A DNA stretch of 64,000 nt from Oscillospiraceae bacterium (GTDB lineage Bacteria > Bacteroidota > Bacteroidia > Bacteroidales > WCHB1-69): the NCBI GenBank assembly GCA_963603365.1, contig CAVCMI010000006.1, positions 82-64,081 on the forward strand. Direction: 5' to 3'. The position numbers and the translations under genes were made by a program. The notes under the pieces are model-generated. The model searched no databases and was not told the origin of the DNA. It saw only the letters and a list, made by a program, of their open reading frames with translations. Positions 63,601-64,000 of this stretch are shown here, piece after piece; the stretch's first letter is position 1, and each line of letters begins with the position of its first letter.

Positions 63601-64000
63601 GAGTCTGCAGTTCAGCCGGCAGGAAAAAGTGAACCTGCCGTTTGTCACTACGCCGCTGTTTCAGGCTCAAGACCGCAGGCGTACCATACTCGCGCCTTAC
63701 TTTGCAGGAGGCTATTCGGAGTTCATTCCCACCCTCTTCAAGATGGCCGGCTACCGCCTTGTGACCTTGCCGTTAGGCGACCGCGAGTGTGTGGAACTGG
63801 GCCTGCAGTATGCCAACAACGAAGTCTGCTATCCCGCCACCATCGTGGTGGGCAGCCTCCTCAAAGCGTTGCGCAGCGGCGACTACAACTTGGACGACAC
63901 CGCCGTCATCATCACACAGACGGGCGGACAGTGCCGGGCCACCAACTACATTATGTTGATAAAGAAAGCGCTGGTGGCGGCGGGCTTCGGCAATGTGCCC
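60644..64000 (+). CDS. Fusion protein, 3'-truncated by the window edge: two BcrAD/BadFG-type activase ATPase domains plus a 2-hydroxyacyl-CoA-dehydratase-like (HgdB/D-type) domain
   Basis: Open from ATG 60644 to 64000 (1119 codons, no stop) and absent from the supplied ORF track. Has INVGIDIGSTTVKIVVL and VFVGVDSGSTTTKLVVL ATPase starts, NGNCAGGTGAFID / NEACSSGCGSFIE blocks, a CPGCPNHCTVLC linker, and then MSENICFPAKLMHGHV. Confidence 0.85.
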   Translation, partial: MNEKINVGIDIGSTTVKIVVLGSQKNVVYTDYRRHNMNIRETVMRAVSPIAERCKGSRLKVAVTGSVGMGYAECWGMPFVQEVIAAASLVKSRFPETKTFIDIGGEDSKMIFFEQGRVPDIRMNGNCAGGTGAFIDQTATLLNIEPSELNTLAEHAETVYPIASRCGVFSKTDIQNLLARHVSKENVALSVFHAVSLQVIGTLSRGLDVKSPVFFCGGPFAFLPMLKKVFLENLHLSEEDCIAVPDAKVVPAYGAAMMAETSSKEDCSLEDFIYKIENLTIDRDTALNNNSLPPLFNDRQDFEDWMHKKQNFFVPRVTWEQLDGNTVFVGVDSGSTTTKLVVLDRMGRMLYRDYRNNQGDSFGTFLNALKGFRDACNEHGFKPAIAGSAVTGYGENLLKTAFGLHYGVVETMAHYMGARSVSPEVSFILDIGGQDMKAIFVENKAIRRLEINEACSSGCGSFIETFARMMGYTVSEFAQIACKARHPYDLGTRCTVFMNSKVKQAMREGAHPEDISAGFAYSVIKNCLFKVLKLRQTKELGDHIVVQGGTFKNLAVVRALELLTEREVRFSDIPELMGAYGCALFAKEHPAEHVLTLDDLLSIQQFETEPQVCPGCPNHCTVLCYKFSNGRSYYSGNNCEKVFTNETEVTVKGRNQHHERLKLLFGRPPGEQAKLRIGIPRALGMFELYPFWHTLFTECGFATVLSGPSTNKQYEQGLHTVMSENICFPAKLMHGHVFDLAKRSVDRIFYPFIVMEHQADARVRNSYNCPIVAGYSDVMKNAVDTEARFNIPFDAPVVSMNNSSFMRQSCRDYLKSLGVDRRTADRAIDAAMKVQQAFLDTQHSRATEIVKQAEADGRMTVVLAGRPYHSDPLVQHKISDVLADMGIDVVTEMVAGDNDAEVYRELDSVTQWTYPNRIFKAAHYVANSNGNVHFMMITSFGCGPDAFIIDEVHDILGRKGKSLTLLKVDDVNNIGSLRLRVRSMVESLQFSRQEKVNLPFVTTPLFQAQDRRRTILAPYFAGGYSEFIPTLFKMAGYRLVTLPLGDRECVELGLQYANNEVCYPATIVVGSLLKALRSGDYNLDDTAVIITQTGGQCRATNYIMLIKKALVAAGFGNVP

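Noticed and set aside
61430-63670. Antisense ORFs 61430-62617 (395 aa) and 62768-63670 (300 aa), plus the + strand out-of-frame ORF 61597-62439.
   Set aside because: They overlap the clearly recognisable activase/dehydratase fusion reading frame that starts at 60644. Their translations show no domain features.
1-64000. Mobile elements, prophage, tRNA/rRNA genes and defence islands.
   Set aside because: I recognised no integrase, transposase, phage structural, restriction-modification, Cas or abortive-infection signature in any frame. No intergenic spacer is long or structured enough for a tRNA or rRNA. I cannot exclude small ncRNAs without covariance-model searches.

Overview
This is a chromosomal window from a Bacteroidota genome, probably Bacteroidales. 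The evidence is the TAnnTTTG-type -7 promoter boxes, a complete porP-porK-porL-porM-porN (gldKLMN) type IX secretion (T9SS) core operon, T9SS cargo with type A and type B C-terminal sorting domains (CTDs), and three ECF sigma/anti-sigma modules. Genes lie in four strand blocks: 138-25202 minus, 25276-42783 plus, 42796-47645 minus, and 47739-64000 plus. Recognisable housekeeping genes are murG, lysC, lepA, ribBA, tcdA, recQ, hldD, tnaA, mpg, a split-transketolase C-half and an AddB-like nuclease. I saw no tRNA, rRNA, CRISPR array, integrase or transposase. The parts worth a second look are as follows. (1) A minus-strand operon at 42796-47645 pairs an ECF sigma factor with an anti-sigma-like membrane protein whose only extracytoplasmic domain is a T9SS type B sorting domain. 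It is followed by a zinc-motif-degenerate M16 peptidase homologue and a second type B CTD protein. (2) An unassigned 1147-aa beta-rich secreted protein sits directly upstream of porP. (3) A 3527-aa T9SS type A cargo gene is built from about 16 Ig-like modules and about 33 copies of a two-cysteine 'GCDS' module I cannot name. It contains perfect 171-bp tandem duplicates. Just upstream, its promoter and N-terminal domain are duplicated in tandem as a stand-alone gene. (4) A large activase/dehydratase fusion ORF runs off the window edge and is missing from the supplied ORF track. All family assignments come from motif recognition by eye. No database search was run.
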